A stretch of DNA of 64,000 bases from an uncultured delta proteobacterium (GTDB lineage Bacteria > Desulfobacterota > Syntrophorhabdia > Syntrophorhabdales > WCHB1-27): positions 224,001 through 288,000 of the forward strand of contig CAWEPK010000012.1 of NCBI GenBank assembly GCA_963810935.1. The letters are read 5' to 3'. This document shows positions 1 through 11,601 of this stretch, piece after piece. A program made the translations under genes and the position numbers. Position 1 is the first letter of the stretch. Every line of letters starts with the position of its first letter. The notes below the pieces were generated by a model. The model had not been told where the DNA came from, searched no databases, and saw only the letters and a list, made by a program, of their open reading frames with translations.

Positions 1-653
1 GGCGAACCGCATGCCGAGGACGCCCCCGACCGGGCTGTCCGTCATTATCGAGCGGGACCATCCTGTGGCCGGCCCGTTCGCGGGGACCGTCTGCGCCTCT
101 ATCCGCGATGCGCCGTAGTAGAGCTTCGGCCCGCCGTAAAGCACGAGTGGCACGGCAGGCGTCCATTCCCCCAGGAGCGCGAAAGAGACCGACCAGGGCT
201 CTTTGACCTTCGTCGTGGTCGTGGGCCCGCCCGGCGTGCAGCTCACCTGCCTGAAGTCGCCCCAAGCGCGGTCCGCGTAAAGGTTGCCGCCGATATCGAA
301 CCGGGGTCGGGCCGCCAGAAGACCGCCCTGCCCCCGATGCCGCTGTAAAGATTATAATTATCCTTGAAGCCCAGTTCCTGAATCTTAAGGTCCGTCCCGC
401 CGAGCCGCGCAAAAATTTCCGTATCGCGGGTAGGCCGCCACGCGCCTTCTCCGAAGGTCTGCGACTGCTGGAACTTCATCCCTCCCCCGTCCTTCCAGTA
501 GTCGTCATAGAAGAAATAGCCGGCGCCAACGGAGAACGCGCCCGCCTTCTGCTCCCCCATGCCGCCCGCCGGACCCAGCAGGCTCGCTGCATGGATATCC
601 CCGGCAAAAACAACCATAACCATGACCACGATCAGCCCAGGCAGCCGTCTCAT
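1..653 (-). CDS. Exported outer-membrane beta-barrel-like protein; frameshifted near 250-300, runs off window start
   Basis: Signal peptide and alternating aromatic beta-strands (AFSVGAGYFFY, EIFARLGG); another frame continues as ...LVLYGGPKLYY...GGVLGMRFA to position 1. Confidence 0.5.
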
Positions 654-787
654 GGAAATGTCCCGATTAGACTATTTTACACCATACGGCAGGCAAAGAC
701 ACTTCCGCGTATAGACCTTTTCGGTCGTCTGGCAGTCCGGACAATATAACTCCACCCGCCGAAGAAAAATTATTCTGACATGCTTTT

Positions 788-852
788 TGTCACCCCTGGT
801 TGTCACCCCTCCATGTCACCTCTGATTGTCACCCCTGGTTGTCACTTTGACA
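788..852. repeat. Five tandem 13-bp units, consensus TGTCACCCCTGGT
   Basis: TGTCACCCCTGGT, TGTCACCCCTCCA, TGTCACCTCTGAT, TGTCACCCCTGGT, TGTCACTTTGACA read directly. Confidence 0.9.
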
Positions 853-1062
853 GGCAAATACGATCGGTATATGGTGTCATGACGGCGGGGCAGAAGAATG
901 TGGCGGTGTGAACTTTTGGCCCGGTTAGAGCGACGAAAGAGAAAGGAGTAGCAGGACGTGGCGCCCGCAGTCAAGATAGAAGTGAAGGCAACAGATAACG
1001 TGACTCGCCCACTGCGATAAGGTAAGATAACATGAAGGAGTAGACACTGAGGGAGGGTAAAA

Positions 1063-3235
1063 ATGAAAAAGCTAAAGATAGATATAGAAAATTGTTACGG
1101 GATCAAGAAACTCAAGGCCAACCTGGATTTTGATAAAAAGAAAGCTAATGCTATTTACGCCCCAAATGGGGCAATGAAGACCTCCCTTGCCCAGACTTTT
1201 AAGGATATACAGATGGGGGTACCCTCGAAGGATCGGATATTCATAAATCGCGTGCCCAAAAGGAATATTACGGACGAAACCGGCCTTGATTTGGCTACGG
1301 AGAATGTCTTGGTTATATGGCCTTACCAAGATCGTGATGATATTCAGCAAACGGAAAAGACCGCAACTCTACTCGTGAATGCTCAACTTCGTCAGGAATA
1401 CACGAACCTCCACAAAGATATCGAAAAATCCAAAGAAACGTTCCTCAAGACCATGAAGAAGCAGTCGGGGTCAAAGAAGGACTTAGAAAATGAGATCATT
1501 CTCGCGTTTACGGCAGACGACCTCCGTACTGCACTTAATCGCGTACGGTATGAAATGGCGGAATTGAATGATGCTCCATTTGCTGAGATTAAATATGACA
1601 TCGTTTTTGACGATAAGAGTGTTAGAGGTTCTTGGCACGGGGGACGTTAAAACAGCCATCGAAGCGTATATAAAGAATACAACGAATTGCTGGCCAATTC
1701 GACATACTTCAAGAAAGGCGTATTTAACTATTATAACGCTCAGGCCATCGCTAGGGAATCTAGCTGACAACGGTTTTTTCACCGCCAAGCACTCGGTAAA
1801 CTTGAATGCAGACATGGAGAAGATAGAGATCAAGAGCCGAAAGCAGCTTGAAGAGATAATACAAAAGGAAAAAGACGGCATAACAAACGATCAAGAACTC
1901 CGAAGGAAATTCGACGACATTGAAAGTCTCATTCATGCAACCAAACAGCTTCGGGGATTTGAGGATTACCTGGGCGATCATCAGGACATTCTCGCAGAGT
2001 TGGCGGATGTCGATAGATTCAGGCAGAGGATTTGGAAGTCTTATTTTAAGGCACACTACGATCTTTACAATGACTTGGTTGAAAAGTATCAAAAGGCTGA
2101 GAAAAGAGAAGCTGAGATCGTCAACGAAGCTAAAAAAGAACGTACGCAATGGGAGGATGTTATTGATATCTTTAACAGCCGCTTTCTTGTCCCTTTTAGG
2201 TTAGAAGTGAAGAACAGAACGTCCGTAATGCTAGGTTTTGAGAAGATACCAACCTTGACGTTCACTTTCGTTGAAGGAGCAGAACAGGCACCTATGGAAC
2301 GTGAATCGTTATTGGCGGCTCTAAGCACAGGGGAGCAAAGGGCGTTCTATTTACTGAATATCATTTTTGAAGTGGAAGCTCGAAAGAAGTTACAGCAGGA
2401 TACGGTATTGATTATTGATGACATAGCCGATTCGTTTGATTACAAGAACAAGTATGCCATTATTCAATATTTGAAAGATATTTCCGAGGAACAATACTTT
2501 CACGAAATCATTTTGACGCATAATTTTGATTTTTTTCGCACGGTGAATAGCAGGTTCGTTGATTATCCGCATTCTTTTATGGCCGTAAAAAACAAAGATG
2601 GCGTTTCATTAGAACTGGCGACGGGCGTACATAAGCCTTTTTCTAAGGACTGGAGGCTGTGTTTCTTCGACGATCCGAAGAAGAAAATTGCCTCAATTCC
2701 TTTTGTCCGAAACTTGATTGAATATACAAAAGGTGAGGGCGCCCCTGAGTTTGTTAAACTCACCTCTTTGTTACACTGGAAGAAAGACTCTAAGAATATC
2801 ACCATACAGGAATTAGATGACATGTTTGCCGGGCTATGTTGTATGGCCCTTCCAGCGCAACATGATGGCAACGGTATAGTAGTTGATCTAATCGAGACTG
2901 AAGCTAAGAAATGCCTTACGGCCGACGAAGGCATCAATTTGGAAAACAAGATTGTCCTGTCAATCGCTATACGGATAGCAGCCGAGAAATTTATGGTGGA
3001 CAAGATCAAGGATCCTAAGTTTGTTGACAGTATAAAATCGAATCAGACAACCGATTTATTGGCGAAATTCAAGCAACTGTTCCCGAAAGATACGGTTACT
3101 ATCAAGGCACTTGATCTGGTGGCGCTTATGACACCAGAAAACATACACCTGAATTCATTCATGTATGAGCCAATCTTAGATATGTCCGATGAACACTTGA
3201 GGAAGCTGTATAAAGATGTTTTAGCCTTAAAATGA
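1063..3235 (+). CDS. ABC/Rad50-like (AAA_13-type) ATPase with coiled coil and helical C-terminal domain, putative defence protein; frameshifts at about 1620-1750
   Basis: Variant Walker A YAPNGAMKTS, signature LSTGEQR, Walker B IIDD, D-loop SFD, H-loop THN; RBS GGAGGG; AT-richer than flanks; ORFs 1063-1650 and 1568-3235 join through an alternative frame (EYNELLANSTYFKKGVFNYYNA). Confidence 0.75.
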
Positions 3236-3307
3236 GAGGGTGCACTTGAGTAATCCCCGCGTTATCAAGAGTGTTTAATGTCCCGTCGCACGTGTCCTTG
3301 GAGCCTC

Positions 3308-3431
3308 GGCCTGAGTTATTTTTGATGGAATTCGCGTTGCTTTTCGAAGGCGCGCGGTAGAGTGTACGGTTCGCTACGTGAGCACGCCGCGCACTATAAA
3401 ACGACGCGAAGGCCGCCGAAAGAGCCAGGCC
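3308..3431. repeat. Dispersed palindromic repeat family B, copy 1
   Basis: GGCCTG...CAGGCC ends; strongly similar to 54387-54507; core GTAC-loop-TACGTGAG. Confidence 0.85.
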
Positions 3432-3433
3432 CC

Positions 3434-3898
3434 TTATAACAACCCTGCCAGCTCTTCCACGAAACTCAACTGCCCCGGCTGTATCTTTTCTCTGGCTGCA
3501 TCAAGGGAGAACCACCCTGCCCTGTCCACTTCCGGAAACTCCCTCTCCATGCCTGAGCGCGGGGGCCACTCCATTATGAACGTGCTGCTTGTCAGCCGTT
3601 CCGGGTCGAAATCACCTTCGAACGCCCATGCGTAGACGGTCTTTCTGCTCTTGAGCACGACAGACCGCAGGGGCCGGTATTCCCCCGGCTTCGCCGCCGG
3701 CCGCATCCCCGTCTCCTCCTCGAACTCGCGCATCGCCGCGGCAAGCGTCTCTTCCCCTTCCTCGATCTCGCCCTTGGGGATCGACCACGCCCCCCTGTCC
3801 TTCGCTGCCCAGAAAGGGCCGCCGGGGTGGATGAGTAGCACCTGCGGGCCTTCCGGCCGCAGCCTGTACATCAATAAGCCCGCGCTTCGCTTCGGCAT
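3434..3898 (-). CDS. NUDIX hydrolase
   Basis: Nudix box GEIEEGEETLAAAMREFEEETG; HPGGPFW motif. Confidence 0.9.
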   Translation of the reverse strand: MPKRSAGLLMYRLRPEGPQVLLIHPGGPFWAAKDRGAWSIPKGEIEEGEETLAAAMREFEEETGMRPAAKPGEYRPLRSVVLKSRKTVYAWAFEGDFDPERLTSSTFIMEWPPRSGMEREFPEVDRAGWFSLDAAREKIQPGQLSFVEELAGLL

Positions 3899-3957
3899 AT
3901 GCACCCGCGAGTAAGACCGGCGCGGATGCCCCGGCCTGAGAACATGATAAGTTTTCC

Positions 3958-4979
3958 CTACCTTGAAGCCGGGCGGACAGAGACCCTGATGTTTGCGGTC
4001 TTCACGGGAGAATGGGGTTTCTCCCAGGGGCGGACGTATTCCATCGTTATCTCCGTGTTCCCCTTGCCGACTGCCAGGAAAGTGAAGACGTCCTCGCCCC
4101 CGCTGCCTACACGCCCGCCTTCAAAGGCCGCATAATCCGATTTACGAGCTTTACGATTTTGTCGTCAGGGGGAGCGGCCGGCCGCCACATGTAGCCCGTG
4201 GTCCTGTTCGAGCCGAGCCTGACTGTGAATTCCTTCCCCTCTTCGGCCATCACGACGACGCTGATCTGCTCGTTCTCCTTGCGCGTCTCCTTCTTCTTCT
4301 GGGGAAGGTCCACCCGCAGGAAACGGATGCCCATGAGCTTGCCCGCCCTGTCGAAATCGAACGAGTAAAAGACCGTGCCAAGCACCTCGCAGGCGTGGCA
4401 GAAATTGCGCAGCGTATACGCCACGATGAAGCCCTGGCCGCCGTTCGGCAGCGTCTCGATCTGTATTGGCTGCCTGGGCGGCCTGTCGCCCGGCCACATG
4501 GTGACCCTCGGGTAGCTCTTCTTTATCGACGCGTAAGTCTTGTCCTGCTCCATGCCTTCTTTGGGGAGCAGCGTTATGTCGTCAACGTCCACTATCGGGG
4601 GGTCGCCGTTGACGAGGAGCAATCCATAGTTCTCGTTGGCCCTGAAGGGATAGACGACCTGGGCGATATCGACGCGCCCCGTCTCCCGGAACTTGCGCAC
4701 AAACGCCCCGCCGCCAAAGGAGCGCGTGAAGGCAGCGGCCTCAGGAGAGGCCCCCAGCTCGCGCATCGCGTCCGCGAAGCACTCTTCCAGCTCCCGCCCC
4801 CCGATATCGACGCATTTCTGCCGCGCGAGCAGCACGGTCTGCCTGTCGGCGTTCCATACGGCCTCCGCACTGACGGCCCTCACCGGCTGCTTTTCGGGCG
4901 TAAAATCAATGGCCTGCGCAGACGATAAAAAGAGAAAAGCAGACACGATGAATAATGAAAGTATTGCCGCTACGCGCAC
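3958..4979 (-). CDS. Exported protein with C-terminal chagasin/I42 protease-inhibitor domain; frameshift near 4135
   Basis: Signal peptide; SNRTTGYMW motif; shifted frame gives GRVGSGG...FTF...YVRPWE, the typical I42 C-terminus. Confidence 0.8.
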
Positions 4980-5095
4980 GATGCCTCCCACGGGCGCAAA
5001 AAAACTCCCCCTGGCACTACAAGGGGGATCAGGACAAGCGCCCGGCCATCTATTATGTGCCATAAAATACGGGTTTATTCAAGCAAAAGTTGATC

Positions 5096-5174
5096 ATTGG
5101 GGCTCAGCACCCCCTCCACCGGCATCAGCCGGATGGAGCCTCCCTGCTCGGCGCTTCGCATGCGCTCGCTTTAT
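5096..5174 (+). repeat. Dispersed REP-like repeat family A, copy 1
   Basis: ATTGGGGCTCAGCACCCCCTCCACCGGCATCAGCCG...GGAGCCTCCC, shared with 6001, 10109, 46933, 52882 and 57885. Confidence 0.85.
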
Positions 5175-5176
5175 AC

Positions 5177-5980
5177 TCATGCCCCCTGCGCTTCCGCCGA
5201 GGGCCTTTTCCTGCTGCGTAGGTATTTGTAGCCCATCCAGACGCCGACGCCCACGAAGACGACCTTGAGGTACCGCTCGGGAAGCAGGTTGGCCGCCTCC
5301 CCGCCGAGGTACCCGCCGATCAGCGCGCCGGCTACGAGCCCGGCCACGACGTGCGTAGCCACGTTGCCGAGCTTGTAGTGCGTGTAGGCGCCGCTCGACC
5401 CTATGAATACCATTGCCAGCAGGGATGTCCCCTGGGCGAGGTGCTGCCCCATGCCAGCGAAGATCACCATAGGCGGCACCATGATGCCCCCGCCCCCTAC
5501 GCCCATCATGCCCGATACGAAGCCCGCGAAGACTCCCGTCACGGCAAGGACCAGCGTCTTCGGCCAGAAAGAGAGGGCAAGGCTCGTGTGGATAAGGTAT
5601 CCCTTGAGAAGGAGCGAGAGGGAGATAAACATGAGGAAGGCCCCGAAGGCCCGCTTGAGCTTCAGCTCCGGCAGGGAATGGGCATAGAGGGCGCCTACGC
5701 GGGCAGTAAGGATGGCGCAGACGGCCAAAAGGAGCGCCATCTTCCAATCGACGGCGCTGTGCAGCGAATAAGACAGCGCGCCGACCGCGCCGGTGAATAC
5801 GACGGCGACGAGGCTCGTCCCGTGGGCCTTGTGCTGGCTCACGCCGGCGAGCAGCGTCATCAGCGGCACCATAATGGCGCCGCCTCCCACGCCGACGAGC
5901 CCACCGAAAAATCCGCCTCCGAGACCTGCGGCCAGCCCCACGAGCAGACGGAGGCGGGCCGATTTTTCACCTTGCATCAT
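5177..5980 (-). CDS. Sulfite exporter TauE/SafE family permease
   Basis: Two GxxGVGGG-IMVP repeats, A(H/Q)GTSL motifs, multiple TM helices. Confidence 0.9.
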   Translation of the reverse strand: MMQGEKSARLRLLVGLAAGLGGGFFGGLVGVGGGAIMVPLMTLLAGVSQHKAHGTSLVAVVFTGAVGALSYSLHSAVDWKMALLLAVCAILTARVGALYAHSLPELKLKRAFGAFLMFISLSLLLKGYLIHTSLALSFWPKTLVLAVTGVFAGFVSGMMGVGGGGIMVPPMVIFAGMGQHLAQGTSLLAMVFIGSSGAYTHYKLGNVATHVVAGLVAGALIGGYLGGEAANLLPERYLKVVFVGVGVWMGYKYLRSRKRPSAEAQGA

Positions 5981-6000
5981 GAGACGCCATTATAGCAATT

Positions 6001-6054
6001 ATTGGGGCTCGCGTCGCCCCCTCCAGCGGCATCAGCCGCATGGAGCCTCCCCTT
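6001..6054 (+). repeat. Repeat family A, copy 2
   Basis: ATTGGGGCTCGCGTCGCCCCCTCCAGCGGCATCAGCCGCATGGAGCCTCCCC. Confidence 0.85.
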
Positions 6055-6085
6055 CATGAAAAGGAAGAGGATTTGGGGGTTCTTA

Positions 6086-7381
6086 TTACCCGGCCGGAGA
6101 CACGGGCGCCGCCTCGGGGACAACGGCCTGTCCCGGCCTGGCCATCTTTTTCAGCGCCAGCGCGCCAAAGCCTGATATTATCGCGGCCACTCCAATAACC
6201 GAGCAGCCGATGGTCCACCCAACCTCGAAACCCTGCGCTTTCGCATACGCCAGGGCAAGGGCCGTGATGAAGGTCGGCCCTATCATGCCGCCCACGCCCT
6301 TCGCCGTATAGACGATGCCGTAGTTCGTCGAGAGGTATTTCTCGCCGAAACGGTCGTCCGTGATGGGCGGGAAGAAGGCGAACATCGGCCCCGTGCAGAA
6401 GAAGGCCGCAGTCACCACGATCATGAAATAGTAAGGGTCGTGCGAAACGAACGGCAGGAGTATATAGAGAAGCCCGCACGCGATGAAGTCGATAAACATC
6501 GCGTTTTCCCTGCCGATCTTATCCGAGATCATGCCCCAGACAATCCTGCCTATGCCGTTTGCCGCTGCAAAAGCGGTAAAAGTGATGGTGAATATCGCGG
6601 CCGGGACCTTATAGTCGTTGGCCATCAGCTTGATGTTGGGCGTGAGGAACATGTATCCGACCGCCATAAAAACGAACATGAAGTACATAAGCCAGAACTG
6701 CCCGGTCCCCAGCATTTGCAACGGTGTGAGGCTCCTGGCCCCGGCCGCCTTCGCCTTGGCCGGACCGGCCGCCCGGCCGCCCGTGGTCTCGGGGAACCTG
6801 AGCACCTGGGCCACCAGGAGCAATATCACCGCAAACCCGATGCCCGTATAGAGGAATGCCGTCTTGCAGCCGTAATTTTTGACGAGGATCGTTATAAGCC
6901 ATCCGAAAAGGGCGGCCCCCGAGCCGAAGCCGCACGCCATGATGCCTGACGCCGTGCCCCTCTTGTTCGGGAACCATTTCAGCGAGGCCGCTATGCCGCC
7001 CGTATATATGAAGCTCGAGCCAATGCCCGCAACGCCGTAGGAGATGCACATCGGCAGGACCGTAGTGTGCGAGCCGATGCTCCCCCACCCGCCTGCCACC
7101 AGAATTGCCGCCAGAGAGAAAAAGATTTTCGTGCCGAACTTGTCCATCAGGTAGCCGGTAAGCGGACCCGCAAAGGTCATGCACGCGACGAACGTCGCAA
7201 ACGCGGCCTGGATTTCCACCTTCGAGAATTTCGGGTTCGACTTCAGGATGTCGGGGACAAAAAGAGCCCAGGCATATTGCAGGCTGGATATCATTACCAT
7301 GCCCAGGACGCCGGCTGTCAACATGACCCAGGGATTGTTCATGAAGCCTCTGTTTACGTTTTCAGCGGCTGGCTTTCCCAT
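6086..7381 (-). CDS. oxlT: OFA family MFS transporter (OxlT-like oxalate/formate antiporter)
   Basis: SLQYAW, KWFPNKRGTASG, NGIGRIVWG..SDKIGRE and NYGIVYTAK motifs; follows oxalate oxidoreductase genes. Confidence 0.8.
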   Translation of the reverse strand: MGKPAAENVNRGFMNNPWVMLTAGVLGMVMISSLQYAWALFVPDILKSNPKFSKVEIQAAFATFVACMTFAGPLTGYLMDKFGTKIFFSLAAILVAGGWGSIGSHTTVLPMCISYGVAGIGSSFIYTGGIAASLKWFPNKRGTASGIMACGFGSGAALFGWLITILVKNYGCKTAFLYTGIGFAVILLLVAQVLRFPETTGGRAAGPAKAKAAGARSLTPLQMLGTGQFWLMYFMFVFMAVGYMFLTPNIKLMANDYKVPAAIFTITFTAFAAANGIGRIVWGMISDKIGRENAMFIDFIACGLLYILLPFVSHDPYYFMIVVTAAFFCTGPMFAFFPPITDDRFGEKYLSTNYGIVYTAKGVGGMIGPTFITALALAYAKAQGFEVGWTIGCSVIGVAAIISGFGALALKKMARPGQAVVPEAAPVSPAG

Positions 7382-7478
7382 TTGTTTCCTCCGTGATCGA
7401 TTCACCTCAAGGCGCCCCCGCAGGCCGGCTGCCCTCAGGCGGCCGGCCTGCGAAGGTAAGGATATGGCGATGCCCGCC

Positions 7479-8492
<1,014 letters not shown>

Positions 8493-9686
8493 TTAAGCCT
8501 CATCCTCGAAGCCTACCCAGTAGACGTGCTGTTTGACTTTCTTGTCCTTCACCGTCTGCTTCAGGATCTTTGCCATGTAGTAGAAGTCTTCGAGTAGGAT
8601 CACGTCGCCGCCCAACCCCGCCATAAACGACGTTACGAGCGGTCTCTTGTCGAGGTCGTACAGGGAGGCCCTTACCTCGTGGATAAGGTTGCCGCCCCTC
8701 ATGGCGCCGCCGTAAGACGTGCTCGTCTCTACGCAGGCTACCGCCTTGACGTGGGCCAGCGTTTCCGCAATCTGCTTCGTCGGCCACGGCCGTACCCAGC
8801 GGGGCCTGACCATGCCGGCTTTGAGCCCCTGCGCCCTCAGGTGTCGCACCGCGTTCTTGCACGTGTTCGCGTGGGCGCCCTGGATAAAGAAGGCGATCTC
8901 AGCGTCATCGATCATATATTTTTCGAGCCACGGGTCCATCTTGCGCTTGAAGATCGCGTTGTAATCGGCCACGGCCTTCTCGATCACGGGGGGCAGGTCG
9001 AAGAACGTCGCCGCCCGCTGTGCGTCCATGGGTGCGCCCTGGTCGGGCCTTATCTGCGGGCCGTGCGAGACGGGGCAGACCGGGCTCAATGGATGGGGCG
9101 CGGCATAAGGCGGAAGGAACTCCCTCACCTGTGCAATGTCGGGCAGCACCACCTTGTCCGGTATGTGGGAGAGGAAGTAGCCGTCCTGGCATACGAACTG
9201 GGGCAGCATGATCTTCGGGTCTTCGCCCACCCTGAAGTTGATAAGGGTGTTGTCGAAGACTTCCTGCGGCGTTGACGCCCAGCCCATGAGCCATCCCTGG
9301 TCCCTGGCGGACATCGCGTCCGTGTGCTCCGAGCCGAAGTCGCCGGGCGGGTCGAGTGTCCTGTCGGCTATCGCCATCTGCAGGGGATAACGGCCGCCCG
9401 CAGCCGGGCTGTAAACCTCGAACGCGTATGTGACGCCGACGCCGGAGCTGCCCGTGTATGCGCGGGCGCCGCAGGCGGACGCGCCAAGCACCACCGAGAC
9501 CTGCGCGTGCTCGCCTTCGCCGTGCAGGAACTCGGCGTCTATCTCGCCGTTGGCGACCATCTTCGAAAGCTCCATCATGATCGCGGTATAAGGCCGGATC
9601 GGGAAGGAGCAGATAACCTCTACTTCCGCAAATTTAGCCCCTTGTGCAGCCGCTGCGCAGCCGCTGAGCATTTTTTCTTGGGCCAT
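8493..9686 (-). CDS. oorA: Oxalate oxidoreductase alpha subunit
   Basis: FPIRPY (Arg replaces the PFOR YPITP Thr) and DRTLDPPGDF motifs typical of OOR; RBS GAGGA. Confidence 0.88.
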   Translation of the reverse strand: MAQEKMLSGCAAAAQGAKFAEVEVICSFPIRPYTAIMMELSKMVANGEIDAEFLHGEGEHAQVSVVLGASACGARAYTGSSGVGVTYAFEVYSPAAGGRYPLQMAIADRTLDPPGDFGSEHTDAMSARDQGWLMGWASTPQEVFDNTLINFRVGEDPKIMLPQFVCQDGYFLSHIPDKVVLPDIAQVREFLPPYAAPHPLSPVCPVSHGPQIRPDQGAPMDAQRAATFFDLPPVIEKAVADYNAIFKRKMDPWLEKYMIDDAEIAFFIQGAHANTCKNAVRHLRAQGLKAGMVRPRWVRPWPTKQIAETLAHVKAVACVETSTSYGGAMRGGNLIHEVRASLYDLDKRPLVTSFMAGLGGDVILLEDFYYMAKILKQTVKDKKVKQHVYWVGFEDEA

Positions 9687-9697
9687 AATATTCCTCC

Positions 9698-10027
9698 TTA
9701 AAAGGGTTTTTCCAGGCGCACCACCCCATCTGGGAAATCGAGCTCGGGGGCGGCTGACAGGGCGTCCGACGGGCATTCATGTATGCATATCCGGCAACCT
9801 TTACAGAACTTCCAGTTCCATTCCATCCTGTCCTTCTTCTCGTTGAAGGACCAGCAGGCATCCGGGCACGCCGCGTAGCACGTAAGGCATCGCGTGCATT
9901 TCTTGTTGTCCAGGATGGGCCGGACGGCACGCCAGTTGGACGTCATGAACAGGTCCTGCTCCTTTACCGGAGCCGGCGTGATCGCCCCGAAGGGGACTTC
10001 TCTATCCTTGGGTACCTTTATAGCCAT
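9698..10027 (-). CDS. Oxidoreductase delta subunit, 2x[4Fe-4S] ferredoxin
   Basis: CTRCLTCYAACP and CKGCRICIHECP; NWRAVRP motif; own RBS AAGGAG. Confidence 0.88.
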   Translation of the reverse strand: MAIKVPKDREVPFGAITPAPVKEQDLFMTSNWRAVRPILDNKKCTRCLTCYAACPDACWSFNEKKDRMEWNWKFCKGCRICIHECPSDALSAAPELDFPDGVVRLEKPF

Positions 10028-10053
10028 GTGTCTCTCCTTTTCTTTAAGAATAG

Positions 10054-10165
10054 ATGACCCTGCTGCAGGCAGCAGGGTATCCAGGGCACGAGCGAAAGCA
10101 AGTCTTTGAGGGGGAGGCTCCATGCGGCTTTGCCGCTGGAGGGGGCGACGCTAGCCCCAATAATT
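10054..10165 (-). repeat. Repeat family A, copy 3, with extra hairpin GACCCTGCTGC..GCAGCAGGGT
   Basis: Reverse complement of the 6001 copy; the extra hairpin is also present at 47041-47066. Confidence 0.85.
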
Positions 10166-10193
10166 GAAGGCTCCATGCCTGAGCGTCCCATCA

Positions 10194-10832
10194 TCAGCCG
10201 CCCCACGAGTAGAGCGACCTTTCTTTGCGGAACTTCTGGAGCTTCACCTCGTTGTAGCCGCGGTTCATAGCCGCCACGTCGCTGACGATCTTGGCCAGGC
10301 TCTCCTTCTTCACCATGCCCGTCACGCGCGCCATTGCACCGAGTAGGGGGGCCGCGATGCCTGCGCCCATGCCCGACGTATCCACGCCGCCTTCCGTCCC
10401 CGAAAAGTCGATCGTGCGGATCCCGGATATACCGTCCGCGTCGACCGTCGCTATCGCGCCCAGCACGTCCAGGTTCGGGATGAACTGGAGCATGTAATCG
10501 ATGGGCCGGGCGGTATTGATGATGAGGAGCCCTCCCTGCGGCATACCCTTAAGCACGTTGATGCCTTTCACGATGGTCGGCTCTACGATGACGACCACAT
10601 CGGGATTGGCGTTCATGTAAAGGTACTTCATCTCGATTTCCTCGTCGCTGATCCGCGCGTACTTCCTGGTCGTAACCATCACGCGGTCGGGGAGGTCCTC
10701 GTAGTTGTCGAAGGACTGCACGAACTTGCCTTCGGCCTCCGCTGCCTGGGCGAAGGCGTTGGCGACGTCGCGGGCTTCCTTGTCCATCACCACACCCCTT
10801 GTCCAGACCGTTATCTCGGTCACTTTAGCCAT
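10194..10832 (-). CDS. Oxalate oxidoreductase gamma-type subunit (N-terminal part of OorD)
   Basis: ITVWTRGVVMDKEARD, NYEDLPDR, YARIS motifs as in the OOR gamma domain. Confidence 0.85.
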   Translation of the reverse strand: MAKVTEITVWTRGVVMDKEARDVANAFAQAAEAEGKFVQSFDNYEDLPDRVMVTTRKYARISDEEIEMKYLYMNANPDVVVIVEPTIVKGINVLKGMPQGGLLIINTARPIDYMLQFIPNLDVLGAIATVDADGISGIRTIDFSGTEGGVDTSGMGAGIAAPLLGAMARVTGMVKKESLAKIVSDVAAMNRGYNEVKLQKFRKERSLYSWGG

Positions 10833-11601
10833 ACCTCTTACCTCCTTTGATAAGGTTGTCGGAAACTCCGGATCGCACCGACTTCACGTTGTTCGCTTTC
10901 TTATTTCCGCTTGCCTCCCTTGCCTTCTTGAACAGGACGTCTTGCACGCCCGACAAGTGCCGGCGCATCGCCTGCCCCGCCGCCTCCTGGCTGCCTTCCT
11001 GTATCGCCGCCAGGACCTGCCTGTGCCCCTGCAAAGATTTCTGTCTCCGCTCTTCCGTCTGCGAATACCTCTCGCCGGCCTCCGCCAGGATACCTAAAAG
11101 CGCGAAGAGGAGCCTCTCCATGACCCTGTTGCGCGACATCTTGGCCAGCACCCGGTGGAACCTGGTGTTGGACATGTTGCTCCCTTTCGCCAGCTCCCTC
11201 TCCTGAGCCTCGACGATGCGCAGCAGGTCCGCGACCTGCTCCGGCCTCGCGTTCTTTGCCGCAAGCCGCGCGATCTCGGGCTCGATGATCTCGCGCACCG
11301 CAAAGACGTCGAGCAGGCTGTCTTTTTCCTGCACCAGGACGGCGGCGAGCGGCCCGACAAGCGCCTCTTCGCTCGACGCGATAACGTAGGTGCCGTTTCC
11401 CTGTCGCCTGTCCACAAGGTTCATCGTCTCCAGGGAAAGGATGGCCTCCCGGACGGTAAGCCTCGACACCTTGAACGTCTCGGAAAGCTCCTTCTCCACG
11501 GGCAACTGGTCGCCTTGCCTCAACCTGCCTTTCTCGATGAGCTTCCGTATCTGGTCTACGATGTCCTCGTAGGCACGCCTCTTCCTTACGGCCTTCAACA
11601 T
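10825..11601 (-). CDS. FadR/GntR family transcriptional regulator
   Basis: LRQGDQLPVEKELSETFKVSRLTVREA wHTH plus FCD domain. Confidence 0.93.
   Translation of the reverse strand: MLKAVRKRRAYEDIVDQIRKLIEKGRLRQGDQLPVEKELSETFKVSRLTVREAILSLETMNLVDRRQGNGTYVIASSEEALVGPLAAVLVQEKDSLLDVFAVREIIEPEIARLAAKNARPEQVADLLRIVEAQERELAKGSNMSNTRFHRVLAKMSRNRVMERLLFALLGILAEAGERYSQTEERRQKSLQGHRQVLAAIQEGSQEAAGQAMRRHLSGVQDVLFKKAREASGNKKANNVKSVRSGVSDNLIKGGKRYG

Noticed and set aside
788..852. CRISPR array
   Set aside because: Units are 13 bp and contiguous with no spacers; no cas genes in the window.
1063..3235. Naming the ATPase RloC or PrrC
   Set aside because: No zinc-hook CxxC or canonical Rx4-6H motif is seen, and there are no linked R-M genes.
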